A DNA stretch of 64,000 bases from an uncultured Candidatus Saccharibacteria bacterium (GCA_964646515.1 CAZYES010000001.1:7582-71581), one strand, 5' to 3'; positions 29,026 through 38,986 are shown, counted from the first letter of the stretch. The notes: generated by a model from the letters alone, not told the origin. Program-made: numbers and translations.

Positions 29026-29283
29026 ATGATGCCAAACAAAACAACTGAAAAAAAGCTAAAGCGCCAGATGTTCGATGGCGTGGTTGTTTCTGACAAGATG
29101 AAAGATACCAGTGTGGTCGAGATTGAAAGATATGTAAGACATGCGAAGTATCATAAGTTTCAAATAAAAAGGACGAAATTGATGGCACATGACCCGGGCA
29201 ATACGAAAAAGATAGGTGATAAAGCAAAGATCGAGTCATGCAGACCGATTTCGAAGAGGAAAGCGTTCAGGGTTATTGGTTAG
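29026..29283 (+). CDS. rpsQ: 30S ribosomal protein S17
   Basis: GVVVSDKMKDT...HDP uS17 pattern. Confidence 0.85.
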   Translation: MMPNKTTEKKLKRQMFDGVVVSDKMKDTSVVEIERYVRHAKYHKFQIKRTKLMAHDPGNTKKIGDKAKIESCRPISKRKAFRVIG

Positions 29284-29304
29284 ATATTAAATTGCATTAC
29301 CAAA

Positions 29305-29676
29305 ATGATACAACCGCGTACAATAGTGAATATAGCAGACAATTCTGGAGCCAAAATAGGGCGTATTTTCAAAGTACTTGGTTCCTCTAAAAAACGCTAC
29401 GCAGGACTTGGCGAAGTGGTTGTACTTTCTGTACAAAAAGCTGAGCCACGAAAAACGATCAAAAAGAAAGATGTTTTGCATGCCGTAGTTGTGCGTCAGA
29501 CCAAGCCGGTTCGTAGAAAGGATGGTTCTTACATCCGCTTCGACGAAAATGCCGTAGTAATTATCGAAAAAGAGAAGAAAGAGCCTGTTGCGGGACGTAT
29601 TTTTGGGCCCATCCCTCGTGAAGTTGGTGAGGCGGGATTCAAGACCATTGCTTCCAAAGCGGCTGAGATTGTGTAA
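29305..29676 (+). CDS. rplN: 50S ribosomal protein L14
   Basis: MIQPRTIVNIADNSGAK uL14 N-terminus. Confidence 0.9.
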   Translation: MIQPRTIVNIADNSGAKIGRIFKVLGSSKKRYAGLGEVVVLSVQKAEPRKTIKKKDVLHAVVVRQTKPVRRKDGSYIRFDENAVVIIEKEKKEPVAGRIFGPIPREVGEAGFKTIASKAAEIV

Positions 29677-29710
29677 TTTTGATTTTTCAATTCAATTTAA
29701 TTTAACCACT

Positions 29711-29929
29711 ATGCATGTAAAAAAAGGAGATATTGTTCAAATATTATCAGGTGACAATAAAGGTAAGACGGGCAAGATCGTTAAGGTATTTCCGCGTGAA
29801 AATAAAATAGTCGTAGAAGGCGTGAATGTTATCAAAAAACATCAACGCGCAAGAAAAGAAGGCCAAAAAGGTCAGACGGTAGAGATAGCGATGCCTTTTG
29901 ATGCTTCAAAAGTCAAAATTAAAGTCTAA
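29711..29929 (+). CDS. rplX: 50S ribosomal protein L24
   Basis: MHVKKGDIVQILSGDNKGKTGKI KOW motif. The listed ORF 29588-29929 is an in-frame upstream extension. Confidence 0.85.
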   Translation: MHVKKGDIVQILSGDNKGKTGKIVKVFPRENKIVVEGVNVIKKHQRARKEGQKGQTVEIAMPFDASKVKIKV

Positions 29930-29934
29930 AAATC

Positions 29935-30489
29935 ATGTCATACAAAACAATTTACGAACTCAATAAGAACTCTTTTGAAACTTTGAAGACTCCTCTGGCT
30001 ATAGAGAATCCTATGCAGACGCCAAAGTTGGTGAAAGTGGTTGTTTCCAGTAGTTTTGGTTCGATCAAAGATAAAAAGAAGATCGAACTTATTGCCGATA
30101 GATTGGCGAAAATCACTGGGCAGAAACCTGCTGTTCGTGTAGCCAAGAAAGCTATTGCCACATTCAAGACTCGCACGGGCGATCCCATTGGTTATCAAGT
30201 AACTCTACGTGGCAAGCGGATGACAGAATTTTTAGATCGCCTGATTCATATCGCTCTGCCTCGTACCAAAGATTTTCGAGGACTTTCTAGAGATTCAGTC
30301 GATGCCATGGGTAATTTTACTATAGGTATAAAAGAGCATACGATTTTTGCAGAGACTGCTGACGAGGATCTAAAAGATGTTTTTGGCATGGCCGTTACTA
30401 TCGTTACTACCTCTAGCGACAAAAAATCTACTTTAGCGTTTCTCGAGTGTATAGGTTTGCCCCTAAAAAGGGTAGGAGCAAAGAGATAA
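29935..30489 (+). CDS. rplE: 50S ribosomal protein L5
   Basis: uL5 family similarity (NPMQTPKLVKVVVS..., LTLRGKRM). Confidence 0.9.
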   Translation: MSYKTIYELNKNSFETLKTPLAIENPMQTPKLVKVVVSSSFGSIKDKKKIELIADRLAKITGQKPAVRVAKKAIATFKTRTGDPIGYQVTLRGKRMTEFLDRLIHIALPRTKDFRGLSRDSVDAMGNFTIGIKEHTIFAETADEDLKDVFGMAVTIVTTSSDKKSTLAFLECIGLPLKRVGAKR

Positions 30490-30570
30490 TCGATAACCAT
30501 ATTGCTTTATAATACATGGGGCTCTTTTATTTCCCATGAATTGTGATAGTCTGATGAAACGATACTAACC

Positions 30571-31401
30571 ATGATTATTGATGGCCGTGTAACTAGAGAA
30601 GCTTTGTTTCCAGGACTTGAGCGAAGAGCCCAGGCGCTTTCTTTTAGACCGACATTGGCGATCGTCCAAGTGGGCAATAGACCTGACTCCACAGCTTTTA
30701 TTCGTGCCAAGAGGGCGTTTGCCAAGAGGGTTGGTGTCAACGAGAAACATATACAGGTGCCAGAAAATATTTCACAGAACGAACTTATTGATATTATAAA
30801 GAAATGTAATATTGATCTTTCTATTCATGGGATAATAATACAGTTACCTTTGCCTATACATATTGGAAGGGACACGGTAATCGATGCCATAGATCCGAAA
30901 AAAGATGCCGACGGTTTGACTGCTACCAATGTGAAACTTTGGTTAGAAGGCAGAGAAGATTGCATAATGCCCGCTACGGCTCGAGGTATCAAACATTTAC
31001 TGAATTATTACAAGATAGATCTATTTGGCAAGCACGTAACAGTTGTCGGTCGCTCGATGCTTGTAGGTAAGCCGATTGTCGCTATGTGCTTGAATGAAAA
31101 TGCCACAGTTACAGTTGGTCACAGCAAAACCAAACATCTTGCAGAGGAGACAAAAAATGCGGATGTTTTGGTTGTGGCTGTTGGAAAACCGGGTTTAATT
31201 GATGAAAAGTATGTAAAGAAGGGGCAAGTTGTTATTGATGTTGGCATTAGTCGCACCCAGGACAACAAACTTATTGGTGATGTTGATTTTAATTCAGTTT
31301 CAAAGAAAGTATCTGCCATTACTCCCGTACCAGGTGGCGTTGGTCCCATGACGGTATTTTCATTATTTGAGAATCTTATTGGTCTATGTGAGAAATGGTA
31401 G
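30571..31401 (+). CDS. folD: bifunctional methylenetetrahydrofolate dehydrogenase/cyclohydrolase
   Basis: MIIDGRV..., PTLAIVQVG, VTVVGRSMLVGKP, PVPGGVGPMT motifs. Confidence 0.9.
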   Translation: MIIDGRVTREALFPGLERRAQALSFRPTLAIVQVGNRPDSTAFIRAKRAFAKRVGVNEKHIQVPENISQNELIDIIKKCNIDLSIHGIIIQLPLPIHIGRDTVIDAIDPKKDADGLTATNVKLWLEGREDCIMPATARGIKHLLNYYKIDLFGKHVTVVGRSMLVGKPIVAMCLNENATVTVGHSKTKHLAEETKNADVLVVAVGKPGLIDEKYVKKGQVVIDVGISRTQDNKLIGDVDFNSVSKKVSAITPVPGGVGPMTVFSLFENLIGLCEKW

Positions 31402-31480
31402 AGGCCTATATTGGCTTATTTGCTCTATAATCAATAAGACGATACCATGTATTTATTATTAATAATTTATATTAAACAAT

Positions 31481-32266
31481 ATGAATAACATACCTGAAAA
31501 TTTTTGGAAGTTAGCTCGAGTCCTGACTGTTGTTTTGATGGTACTTCTGGCTGTAGTGGCGATAAAAGAATTCAAAGCTATTGGTTACGTTGGTGCCAAT
31601 CCAAATATGATGAATACGATTACGGTAGATGGCAGTGGAGATGTCGTGGCAATGCCTGATCTTGCAACCTTTTCATTTACGGTGACTGAAAATTCCAAGA
31701 CTGTAGCGGAGGCCCAAGCCAAGCAAGCAACCAAGGTTAACGCTGCTCTGAAAGCTGTACGGGATAGTGGTGTGGCTGATAAAGACATAAAAACACAGTC
31801 TTACAGTATAAATCCGCATTATGAATACCAAAATAGTGTTTGTACAGCCTATAGTTGTCCTCCTTCAAAGTCTATTTTGACTGGGTACGATGTGAGTCAA
31901 AGTATTCTAGTTAAGGTGCGCGATCTTGAAAAAGCCGGAGCGTTGTTTACTTCAATAGGTTCGCTCGGCGTAGACAATGTTGGCGGTCTTGATTTCTCTG
32001 TTGATGGTCCAGACACCATAAAAGCTCAAGCTCGTAGGGAGGCGATCAAGGACGCGCAAGCCAAAGCCGATGAATTGGCAGAGCAACTAGGCGTACGTTT
32101 GGTCCGTATTACCAGTTTCTACGAATCCGGCAACCCCACTCCGATAGTCTATGGTATGGGCGGAGCAAAAGATGAAGTAGTTAGAGTGCAAACAGCCACG
32201 CCGGAAGTACCAACAGGAGAGCAAAAAGTGACGAGTAATGTGACGATTACTTACGAAATAAAATAG
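31481..32266 (+). CDS. SIMPL/DUF541-family secreted protein
   Basis: N-terminal TM, and TITVDGSGDVVAMPDLATFSFTV...SYSINP, typical of the SIMPL fold. Confidence 0.6.
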   Translation: MNNIPENFWKLARVLTVVLMVLLAVVAIKEFKAIGYVGANPNMMNTITVDGSGDVVAMPDLATFSFTVTENSKTVAEAQAKQATKVNAALKAVRDSGVADKDIKTQSYSINPHYEYQNSVCTAYSCPPSKSILTGYDVSQSILVKVRDLEKAGALFTSIGSLGVDNVGGLDFSVDGPDTIKAQARREAIKDAQAKADELAEQLGVRLVRITSFYESGNPTPIVYGMGGAKDEVVRVQTATPEVPTGEQKVTSNVTITYEIK

Positions 32267-32379
32267 ATCTGGCTTTGAGATCACGGCCGATTTAATGTGA
32301 GCAGTAGTTGCCAATAAGGTGGTTGTTATTTTTGCGTAGACTGTGTATATTTTGGGGTAGAGCTTTGAAATTTTGAATT

Positions 32380-32913
32380 ATGAAAACTATATATGTCTAC
32401 TTTGGCAATGTTGCTACGCTTAGTCAGACACAAAGAGAGGTTCTTGATCAACTCCAACGTCACTTGGAATATAGTCTGAATAAAGGTTGTATCCCAGATA
32501 ATACGTACTGTGAGTTAGTAATGGCCAATTCAGTACTTGTTAGTGGCGGTGGTTCTAATGGTCAATATCAATCTTGGCAAACCAATCATATTGTTTGTGA
32601 CGGCCTGATTGTTGTGCCAGTGTGTCCGTGTGATATAAAGACGGTGATCGAAGCCGAGGTCGCTGTTTCTGGGATCACTCCTCCTGATGCCGTAGTCGAT
32701 GATTACGGTCGCTTCAAGAGGCCGATACCTGTAGTAGATTTCTGTTTTGGCAGAAAGGCCAATGCGATGATCGAAATCCATGCCAATAGGGATTTCCATT
32801 TACAGTGCAAGGCTAGTTCGTTTGAACTTGTACCTGAGGCAAATGTTGAAAAATTGGCAGAAGAAGTTGCCCAAAAGTATCGCAGGTTTGCTGACTTCTT
32901 CTGTGCTTGCTGA
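32380..32913 (+). CDS. hypothetical Cys-rich protein
   Basis: Compact ORF with a coding-like composition and a CDGLIVVPVCPCD motif. No family recognised. Confidence 0.4.
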   Translation: MKTIYVYFGNVATLSQTQREVLDQLQRHLEYSLNKGCIPDNTYCELVMANSVLVSGGGSNGQYQSWQTNHIVCDGLIVVPVCPCDIKTVIEAEVAVSGITPPDAVVDDYGRFKRPIPVVDFCFGRKANAMIEIHANRDFHLQCKASSFELVPEANVEKLAEEVAQKYRRFADFFCAC

Positions 32914-32933
32914 TATAGGCACCTGTCTCCTGA

Positions 32934-32962
32934 GCGCGTTTGTGATAACGCGCTTTTTGTTT
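32934..32962 (+). terminator. rho-independent terminator
   Basis: GCGCGTT-tgtgat-AACGCGC followed by TTTTTGTTTG. Confidence 0.75.
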
Positions 32963-33050
32963 GATACTCTGGATGTGGCTGTCTGGGTGGTGTCTGATTG
33001 GTTCCGGATACATTTTGTATTCATTAACAAATCTAACCCAACACATCTCC

Positions 33051-33079
33051 TTGACTTTGTAGTTAAGGGGGTGTATATT
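33051..33079 (+). promoter_or_regulatory. sigma70-type promoter for secE-nusG-rplK
   Basis: TTGACT (33051-33056), a 17-nt spacer, TATATT (33074-33079). A short CCCC-agca-GGGG hairpin plus T-run follows in the 5' UTR. Confidence 0.6.
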
Positions 33080-33128
33080 TCTCCACAAGTTATCCCCAGC
33101 AGGGGTTTTTTAATAAAATAGAAATATC

Positions 33129-33305
33129 ATGAAAATCATCGAGTATATCAAAGAGACAAGATCGGAAATGAGCCATGTTAATTGGCCGACTAGACAACAG
33201 ACTATCAGATTTACTGCTCTTGTTATTATTGTCTCATTGGCAGTGGCGGCTTTGCTTGGGGTCTCGGATTTTGTGTTCTCAAAGCTACTCACATTACTAT
33301 TCTAA
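33129..33305 (+). CDS. secE: preprotein translocase subunit SecE (58 aa; below the ORF-track length cutoff)
   Basis: MKIIEYIKETRSEMSHVNWPTRQQTIRFTALVIIVSLAVAALLG: the WP(T/S)R motif plus a single TM, directly upstream of nusG. Confidence 0.8.
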   Translation: MKIIEYIKETRSEMSHVNWPTRQQTIRFTALVIIVSLAVAALLGVSDFVFSKLLTLLF

Positions 33306-33326
33306 TTAAAAATACAAGCTTACGTT

Positions 33327-33899
33327 TTGAGTCTTTGTATACTTATCTTATATATGACCAAACAACATACAACAGGCGAGCGGAATTGGTACGCGATACA
33401 CACATACGCGGGTTATGAGAATGCTGTTGCCCGTAATCTCAAACAACGTATCGAGTCTTTGGGTATGGAGGACAAGATTTTTAATGTAATCGTGCCGACT
33501 GAAAAAAAATTCAAGATCAAAAATGGCAAACGAGTAGAGGAAGAAGAGAAAATCTATCCCGGTTATGTCTTGGTAGAAATGATTGTTACCGATGATTCTT
33601 GGTATATAGTACGCAATACTCCAAGGGTTACAGGTTTTGTCGGTGCCGGTATATCGCCAGTACCACTTGATGATCGTGAGGTGGCTACCTTATTTGATCG
33701 TATGCAAAAAGGTAATACAGAACATTCTATTGATCTTATCCAAGGAGACTTGGTCAAAGTTGCCGATGGCCCATTTAAGGATTTTGAAGGCAAAGTCGCT
33801 GAAGTTGATACGCAGAGAGGCAAGATCAAAGTTCTAGTATCGATGTTCGGCAGAGAAACACCCGTGGAGCTCGACTTCTTGCAAGTTAAAAAAGTTTAA
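33327..33899 (+). CDS. nusG: transcription termination/antitermination factor NusG
   Basis: NWYAIHTYAGYENAV NGN domain and a C-terminal KOW (GDLVKVADGPFKDFEGKVAEVD). Confidence 0.9.
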   Translation: MSLCILILYMTKQHTTGERNWYAIHTYAGYENAVARNLKQRIESLGMEDKIFNVIVPTEKKFKIKNGKRVEEEEKIYPGYVLVEMIVTDDSWYIVRNTPRVTGFVGAGISPVPLDDREVATLFDRMQKGNTEHSIDLIQGDLVKVADGPFKDFEGKVAEVDTQRGKIKVLVSMFGRETPVELDFLQVKKV

Positions 33900-33916
33900 T
33901 ATAATATCCACTTACT

Positions 33917-34339
33917 ATGGCAAAAAAAATTATCAAGAAAGTAAAGGTTATTGCTCCAGCAGGGAAAGCTACCCCAGCCCCACCATTGGGGCCAACGCTT
34001 GGTCAAGCGGGTGTCAACATAGGTGACTTTACCAAGAAGTTTAATGATGCTACCAAAACAATGGTTGGTGACATGATACCTGTGCTCATCACTGTATATG
34101 AGGACCGTACATATAGTTTTGTTTTGAAGACTCCTCCTGCTTCAGCCCTTATTTTAAAGGCGCTAAAACAAGAAAAAGGCTCAGGTAAACCGAATACCAA
34201 GAAGATTGGCTCAATTACCAAGGCACAACTCAAGGATATTGCTGAGAAAAAGATGCAAGATCTGAACGCAAATACAGTAGAGATGGCGATGAAAATAGTG
34301 TCGGGATCTGCCAAATCCATGGGGGTAGAGATAAAATAG
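33917..34339 (+). CDS. rplK: 50S ribosomal protein L11
   Basis: [26 protein letters not shown] uL11 signature. Confidence 0.9.
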   Translation: MAKKIIKKVKVIAPAGKATPAPPLGPTLGQAGVNIGDFTKKFNDATKTMVGDMIPVLITVYEDRTYSFVLKTPPASALILKALKQEKGSGKPNTKKIGSITKAQLKDIAEKKMQDLNANTVEMAMKIVSGSAKSMGVEIK

Positions 34340-34361
34340 AGTGGATTTTTACTATTCTTTT

Positions 34362-34871
34362 TTAGTGATTTATAGCAACTTCATACTCCAATAGAATTGT
34401 TCCACTTTCTGTTTTTTGCAGGTTGATTAATTTCAGCTTAAAATCCATCTCTTTCTGAAATAATTTTATTCCGCTTCCGAAAATAACTGGCTCGATTGTC
34501 AGGTACATTTTCTTTACCAGTCCAGACTCCATAAACATCGTATAGATCTGTGAACCACCACAGATAGCGATTTCTTTGTAACCACGCGCTTCAAGATCTT
34601 TGATAAGGTCAATGGGTGATTTGGCGGTGATTTCGACACCGGCCGGTAGATCATGTAGAGGCGTTGGTGAATATACTATATTTAGTCGATCTTTCAGGGG
34701 TTTATTGAGAGTGAGCCAAGTATTCTGGCCCATGACGACAACGCCCGCGCGTTTAGTTATTTCCACAAATCTTTTCTTGTCTTCTTTACTTGTCCACGTG
34801 GCGGTATGGGTAGAGTTTTTGCCAATATATCCGTCTGCGGTTAAGGCGGCGGTTATGAAACAAGTGATCAT
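34362..34871 (-). CDS. folA: dihydrofolate reductase (DHFR / RibD_C-like)
   Basis: MITCFITAALTADGYIGK...VVMGQNTW...ICGGSQIY pattern. Confidence 0.7.
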   Translation of the reverse strand: MITCFITAALTADGYIGKNSTHTATWTSKEDKKRFVEITKRAGVVVMGQNTWLTLNKPLKDRLNIVYSPTPLHDLPAGVEITAKSPIDLIKDLEARGYKEIAICGGSQIYTMFMESGLVKKMYLTIEPVIFGSGIKLFQKEMDFKLKLINLQKTESGTILLEYEVAINH

Positions 34872-34875
34872 GTAA

Positions 34876-35505
34876 TTATATTTTATGTCTTTCTTTTAGT
34901 GTTTTTATATCTCCTTTGTTGATTAGATCAATTTCGTCCTGCTCCTCCATCATTATGCCTTCGATAATGTCTTTTTTGTGATACTTGCTTGGTTTTGGTT
35001 TTACTTCGTTTTTTAATTCCTCGAATACTACTTGGCAAAGGCGCTCGCCGGGGAAGAGGCGAACAGCCTGAGAGCGAGTGTTGTTTCTTATGGGAAGTAC
35101 CAATTGACCATCGTAGCCCGCATCAATAATGCCCGTTAGATCTAGCGATAGACCTTTTCTATTGGTTGATGAGCGGGGATACAGGACGCCCATAATATCG
35201 TTCGGCATCTTTATCGATTCAAGTGTCGAGACTAATATATATTCACTGGGTAAAAGGTCAAAATATTGGCCCTGTTCCAGTTCCACGACGTCGAAATATT
35301 CATGATTACGTTTGTCAAAATGTGTTATATCGAGCGATTCGCGTCCGCGTGGGGTCATATGCCACATTTTTGGCAACATGAACGTGTAGCCCAAACGGAG
35401 GTCTACAGAGTGTTCTTGTAATTGGAATTGGTCGAGATTGGGCTTGAAAATGAGGTTGCCAGATTCCACGAGTTTCGTTATTTGTTTTTTAGTAATTATT
35501 GACAT
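34876..35505 (-). CDS. dcd: dCTP deaminase (Dcd/dUTPase superfamily)
   Basis: SVDLRLGYTF N-terminal motif and the beta-barrel trimeric dUTPase-like core. Confidence 0.75.
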   Translation of the reverse strand: MSIITKKQITKLVESGNLIFKPNLDQFQLQEHSVDLRLGYTFMLPKMWHMTPRGRESLDITHFDKRNHEYFDVVELEQGQYFDLLPSEYILVSTLESIKMPNDIMGVLYPRSSTNRKGLSLDLTGIIDAGYDGQLVLPIRNNTRSQAVRLFPGERLCQVVFEELKNEVKPKPSKYHKKDIIEGIMMEEQDEIDLINKGDIKTLKERHKI

Positions 35506-35551
35506 GACGGAGATATGAGATTGAAATTGGGAATAAAGACAAAATTTTTAA

Positions 35552-36388
35552 TCAAAGTATTAATTTCAGGCCCTTTATTGGTTCCATAGGATTATACTGC
35601 TTTGAAAGGTTTTCTACTATCTCGTCCAAAAGTTTTGGGTCTTTCTCTTCTGCTCTGTCAAATGAGTCCTGTGGAAGTCTCAGTTCGATCATCGGGTGAT
35701 CGTTGGTCCTTTGGATCAATTCTTGGGCACCTTCATAATGTGAGTCATAAATGTGCGCATTGGAGATTGAATGAGAGTAAATACCTGTTTTAACCCCAAG
35801 TTTTTGTGCTAGCATACATTGGAGTAGCGCAAAACCTGATACATCCGCTGAGAAACCAAGCATTACGTCGTTGGAGCGAACGATATTATGCAGATGTAGA
35901 CGTCCGGCGACAATATTAACTGTAAATGTGTAGGGACAAGGTACATTTTTCTTTTTTATCAAAGAAAGACCGTCTTGGGCTGGATCCCAAGTGACAACCA
36001 CGGCTTGTCTGGAGCTCGATTCTTTTTCTAACAATTTAACGAGCAGGCCCAGTTGGTCACGTCCGAAATGCTTCCTCCATCGGTATCCGTAGGCGACGGT
36101 AACGACGTCTCCTGGATTGGTAAAGTCATCCCAAATGTGTGTATAGTTGCGTAGAAAATCTTCCGGCTTCCTGGACCCGGAAATGAACCAGATCTGTTCG
36201 GCGACGAACATCTTGATAGGTGATTTTCGCAAAGTGAGTATGGGGAAACCATCTTTCTCTATATCTAGTTGGAAATGCACGCCGACCTTGACTCTGGTTT
36301 CATGCCCCGTACGTTCGCTAAATTCAACCATGCCATTTTTCATAATATCATGTACGATGTTTTGGTATATTTGGTCGAACTTGGTCAT
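35552..36388 (-). CDS. thyA: thymidylate synthase (ThyA type)
   Basis: FPILTLRK..., PCPYTFTVNIV...RSNDVMLGF (catalytic Cys in PCP(Y/H)). Confidence 0.85.
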   Translation of the reverse strand: MTKFDQIYQNIVHDIMKNGMVEFSERTGHETRVKVGVHFQLDIEKDGFPILTLRKSPIKMFVAEQIWFISGSRKPEDFLRNYTHIWDDFTNPGDVVTVAYGYRWRKHFGRDQLGLLVKLLEKESSSRQAVVVTWDPAQDGLSLIKKKNVPCPYTFTVNIVAGRLHLHNIVRSNDVMLGFSADVSGFALLQCMLAQKLGVKTGIYSHSISNAHIYDSHYEGAQELIQRTNDHPMIELRLPQDSFDRAEEKDPKLLDEIVENLSKQYNPMEPIKGLKLIL

Positions 36389-36444
36389 GAGAATATCATT
36401 GTATATAATTACCGAGAGATTAACAATCTCGTATTCTAAAAATA

Positions 36445-36951
36445 ATGTCGCAAATTATTGAAAGTAGTGTCATGCAATATCCATATCTCCCAATAGGGAG
36501 GGCAATACAATATGTGCCAGCTAGCAATCGATTCATGGTTGAAGCCACACGGCTCCGAAATGAATGTTCGACTGATATCCACCATCCAACTGGCGCTGTT
36601 GTTGTTAAAGATGGCAAGATTATTGGTCGGGGAGCGAATCAATCGTCAATTAAGAGTAAAAAGTTGTTGGCCTTCCATAGGGATAAGTTTTGCATGAGGC
36701 GTTTTTTGAAGGTTTCTTCTGGTCATAAGTATTGGCTATGTCCTGGATGCGCATCATCCAAGCATCATGCCGAAGCGAGGGCAGTCAGAGATGCTCTAAA
36801 AACAAATAAATTATTAGTTGCCGGTGCCGACTTATATCTCTGTGGCCACTGGTGGTGCTGTAAGCCGTGTTGGGATGTTATGATAGGGGCGGGTATCAGA
36901 AATGTTTATTTGATTAATGATGCCAAGATGATGTTTGAGTTGAAAAGATGA
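36445..36951 (+). CDS. dCMP/cytidine deaminase family zinc enzyme
   Basis: HAEARAV and CKPCWDVMIGAGI zinc-binding motifs. Confidence 0.8.
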   Translation: MSQIIESSVMQYPYLPIGRAIQYVPASNRFMVEATRLRNECSTDIHHPTGAVVVKDGKIIGRGANQSSIKSKKLLAFHRDKFCMRRFLKVSSGHKYWLCPGCASSKHHAEARAVRDALKTNKLLVAGADLYLCGHWWCCKPCWDVMIGAGIRNVYLINDAKMMFELKR

Positions 36952-37001
36952 TTGGCGATTCGAAACATCGTTAGCGGACCGAGTAACCGTTAGTAAAAAT
37001 C

Positions 37002-37655
37002 ATGAGTCGCGGGATAAAAAACAAAACAAAGTTTATTGCCATAGAAGGGGGAGAGGGCTCTGGAAAGTCCTCTCTTCTTATTGCGCTCAAAGAAGTTTTG
37101 GGAAACTCGATTGTCTTGACTCGAGAACCTGGGGGTTCGCCATATGCGGAAGCCATACGTATGGCTACGCTCAAGAATCCTCTGGCCAAAACCGCGCCAG
37201 CTGAGACGACACTTTGTCTCATGTTTGCGGCTCGATTTGATAATACAGTTAATATGATAGTACCAGCTTTAAAGTCTGGATTGCCTGTAATAGCTGACCG
37301 TTTTGACGCTTCCTCTTATGCTTATAATGTTATAGCGCAATCGGACGGCGCGCTTGAAGATGTTTTTTGGAATTTACGAGAGAGATTGGCATCCGTTCCA
37401 GATCTTTATGTTTTTGTTGATGTTGATCCGGAGGAAGGTATTCGTCGAGCATATTCACGCAACCAGTCATTGCTCAAAGATCAGCAGTATGACCACTTCG
37501 ATGATCGCGAGATAATATTTCACAAAAAAGTTAGAAGTGGATATGTAAAATTTCTCAAAAAAGTACCACATGTGATTATCGATGCCAATCGTCCTTTTGA
37601 TATGGTAAAGAGGGATTTTATCTTGGAAATCAAAAAACAGTTGAAGATGTCCTGA
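37002..37655 (+). CDS. tmk: thymidylate kinase
   Basis: FIAIEGGEGSGKSS P-loop and TREPGGS motif. Confidence 0.9.
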   Translation: MSRGIKNKTKFIAIEGGEGSGKSSLLIALKEVLGNSIVLTREPGGSPYAEAIRMATLKNPLAKTAPAETTLCLMFAARFDNTVNMIVPALKSGLPVIADRFDASSYAYNVIAQSDGALEDVFWNLRERLASVPDLYVFVDVDPEEGIRRAYSRNQSLLKDQQYDHFDDREIIFHKKVRSGYVKFLKKVPHVIIDANRPFDMVKRDFILEIKKQLKMS

Positions 37656-37725
37656 TTTCCATTAGGAAATGTTTGACTTCCATAGTCATGGTAGATCTTT
37701 ACTCTTTTTGTGTTAGGATTTACTT

Positions 37726-38943
37726 ATGAAAGATACACAATTAAAAAGACTTATAGATGCGGAGAAAAAGCGTCAGAAAAAAGTAGTCAATTTGATAGCT
37801 TCTGAAAATTACGTATCTAAAGATGTTTTGAGTGCACTTGGTTCGGAATTGACCAACAAATATGCCGAAGGATATTCTGGCAAAAGATACTATGGTGGCA
37901 ATGAGATCGTTGACAAGATCGAGGATTTATGTAAAGACAGGGCATTGGAATTGTTTGGTTTGGACAAAAATGAATGGCATGTCAATGTCCAGCCATTGTC
38001 TGGATCACCAGCCAATCTTGCCGTCTATACAGCTTTGATACCACAGGGAGGAAAGATTATGGGGATGTCATTGGATCATGGTGGTCATCTCACTCATGGT
38101 CACAAAGTTTCCGCCACTGGCAAGTTTTGGGTACAAGTTCCTTACGGATTGGATAGGACTACAGAAGTTTTGAACTATGATCAACTTCGTGATAAGGCAA
38201 TGTTTGAAAGACCGGCTATTATCGTTGCTGGTTATACTGCATATCCTAGAATTATTGACTGGGCCAGGATGAGAGAAATAGTTGATGTTGCAAACAATAT
38301 AGGTACCAAGTCCAATAGCCCACTTCTAATGGTAGACATGTCTCACATTGCTGGGTTGGTCGCTGGTAATGTATATCCCTCGCCTTTTCCTTATGCTGAT
38401 ATTGTTACCACTACGACCCACAAAACACTTCGTGGTCCGCGTGCGGCATTGATTTTTGTGAAAAAAGACGCGCGTGAGCTTGACAAGAAAATCGATAAAG
38501 CAGTTTTTCCTGGTTTACAGGGTGGACCACATATCAACCAAATAGCCGGAGTTGCGGTGGCGTTGAGGGAAGCCAAGATGCCCTCATTCAAGAGGTATGC
38601 TTCGCAAGTAGTGAAGAATGCCGCAATCTTATCTGAAGAACTGCGCACTCGTGGCTGGCGTCTGATTTCTGGTGGAACAGATTCACACCTAGTTTTGGTT
38701 GATACTTGGAACGATGGAAAGAAAAATGATCATGGCTCAGGCGGTGTCTCTGGTAAAGAAGCTAGCGATAGATTGGAAAGAGAGGGGATTATTGTTAATA
38801 AGAACGCTATACCATTCGATTCGAGACCGCCAGCTGATCCTTCGGGAATAAGATTGGGTACGGCAGCCGAGACAACTAGGGGGAAAAAAGAGAAAGATTT
38901 CAAAAAAATCGCAGAGAGAATCGATAAGATTTTGAAAAAATAA
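37726..38943 (+). CDS. glyA: serine hydroxymethyltransferase
   Basis: LIASENYVSKDVL, and the PLP Lys in TTTHKTLRGPR. Confidence 0.95.
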   Translation: MKDTQLKRLIDAEKKRQKKVVNLIASENYVSKDVLSALGSELTNKYAEGYSGKRYYGGNEIVDKIEDLCKDRALELFGLDKNEWHVNVQPLSGSPANLAVYTALIPQGGKIMGMSLDHGGHLTHGHKVSATGKFWVQVPYGLDRTTEVLNYDQLRDKAMFERPAIIVAGYTAYPRIIDWARMREIVDVANNIGTKSNSPLLMVDMSHIAGLVAGNVYPSPFPYADIVTTTTHKTLRGPRAALIFVKKDARELDKKIDKAVFPGLQGGPHINQIAGVAVALREAKMPSFKRYASQVVKNAAILSEELRTRGWRLISGGTDSHLVLVDTWNDGKKNDHGSGGVSGKEASDRLEREGIIVNKNAIPFDSRPPADPSGIRLGTAAETTRGKKEKDFKKIAERIDKILKK

Positions 38944-38986
38944 AAAGTGCGGAAAGGTCAGAGCCTGAGCTCTAACTATCCCGCAC
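38942..38986 (-). terminator. intrinsic terminator oriented for a minus-strand transcript (A-run / compound hairpin on plus strand)
   Basis: AAAAA-GTGCGG...(inner AGAGC/GCTCT hairpin)...CCGCAC. On the minus strand this reads hairpin then UUUUU. Confidence 0.55.

Noticed and set aside
33110-33292. Listed minus-strand 60-aa ORF
   Set aside because: It is antisense to a clear plus-strand SecE gene (33129-33305; WPTR motif plus TM, directly upstream of nusG). It is a shadow ORF.
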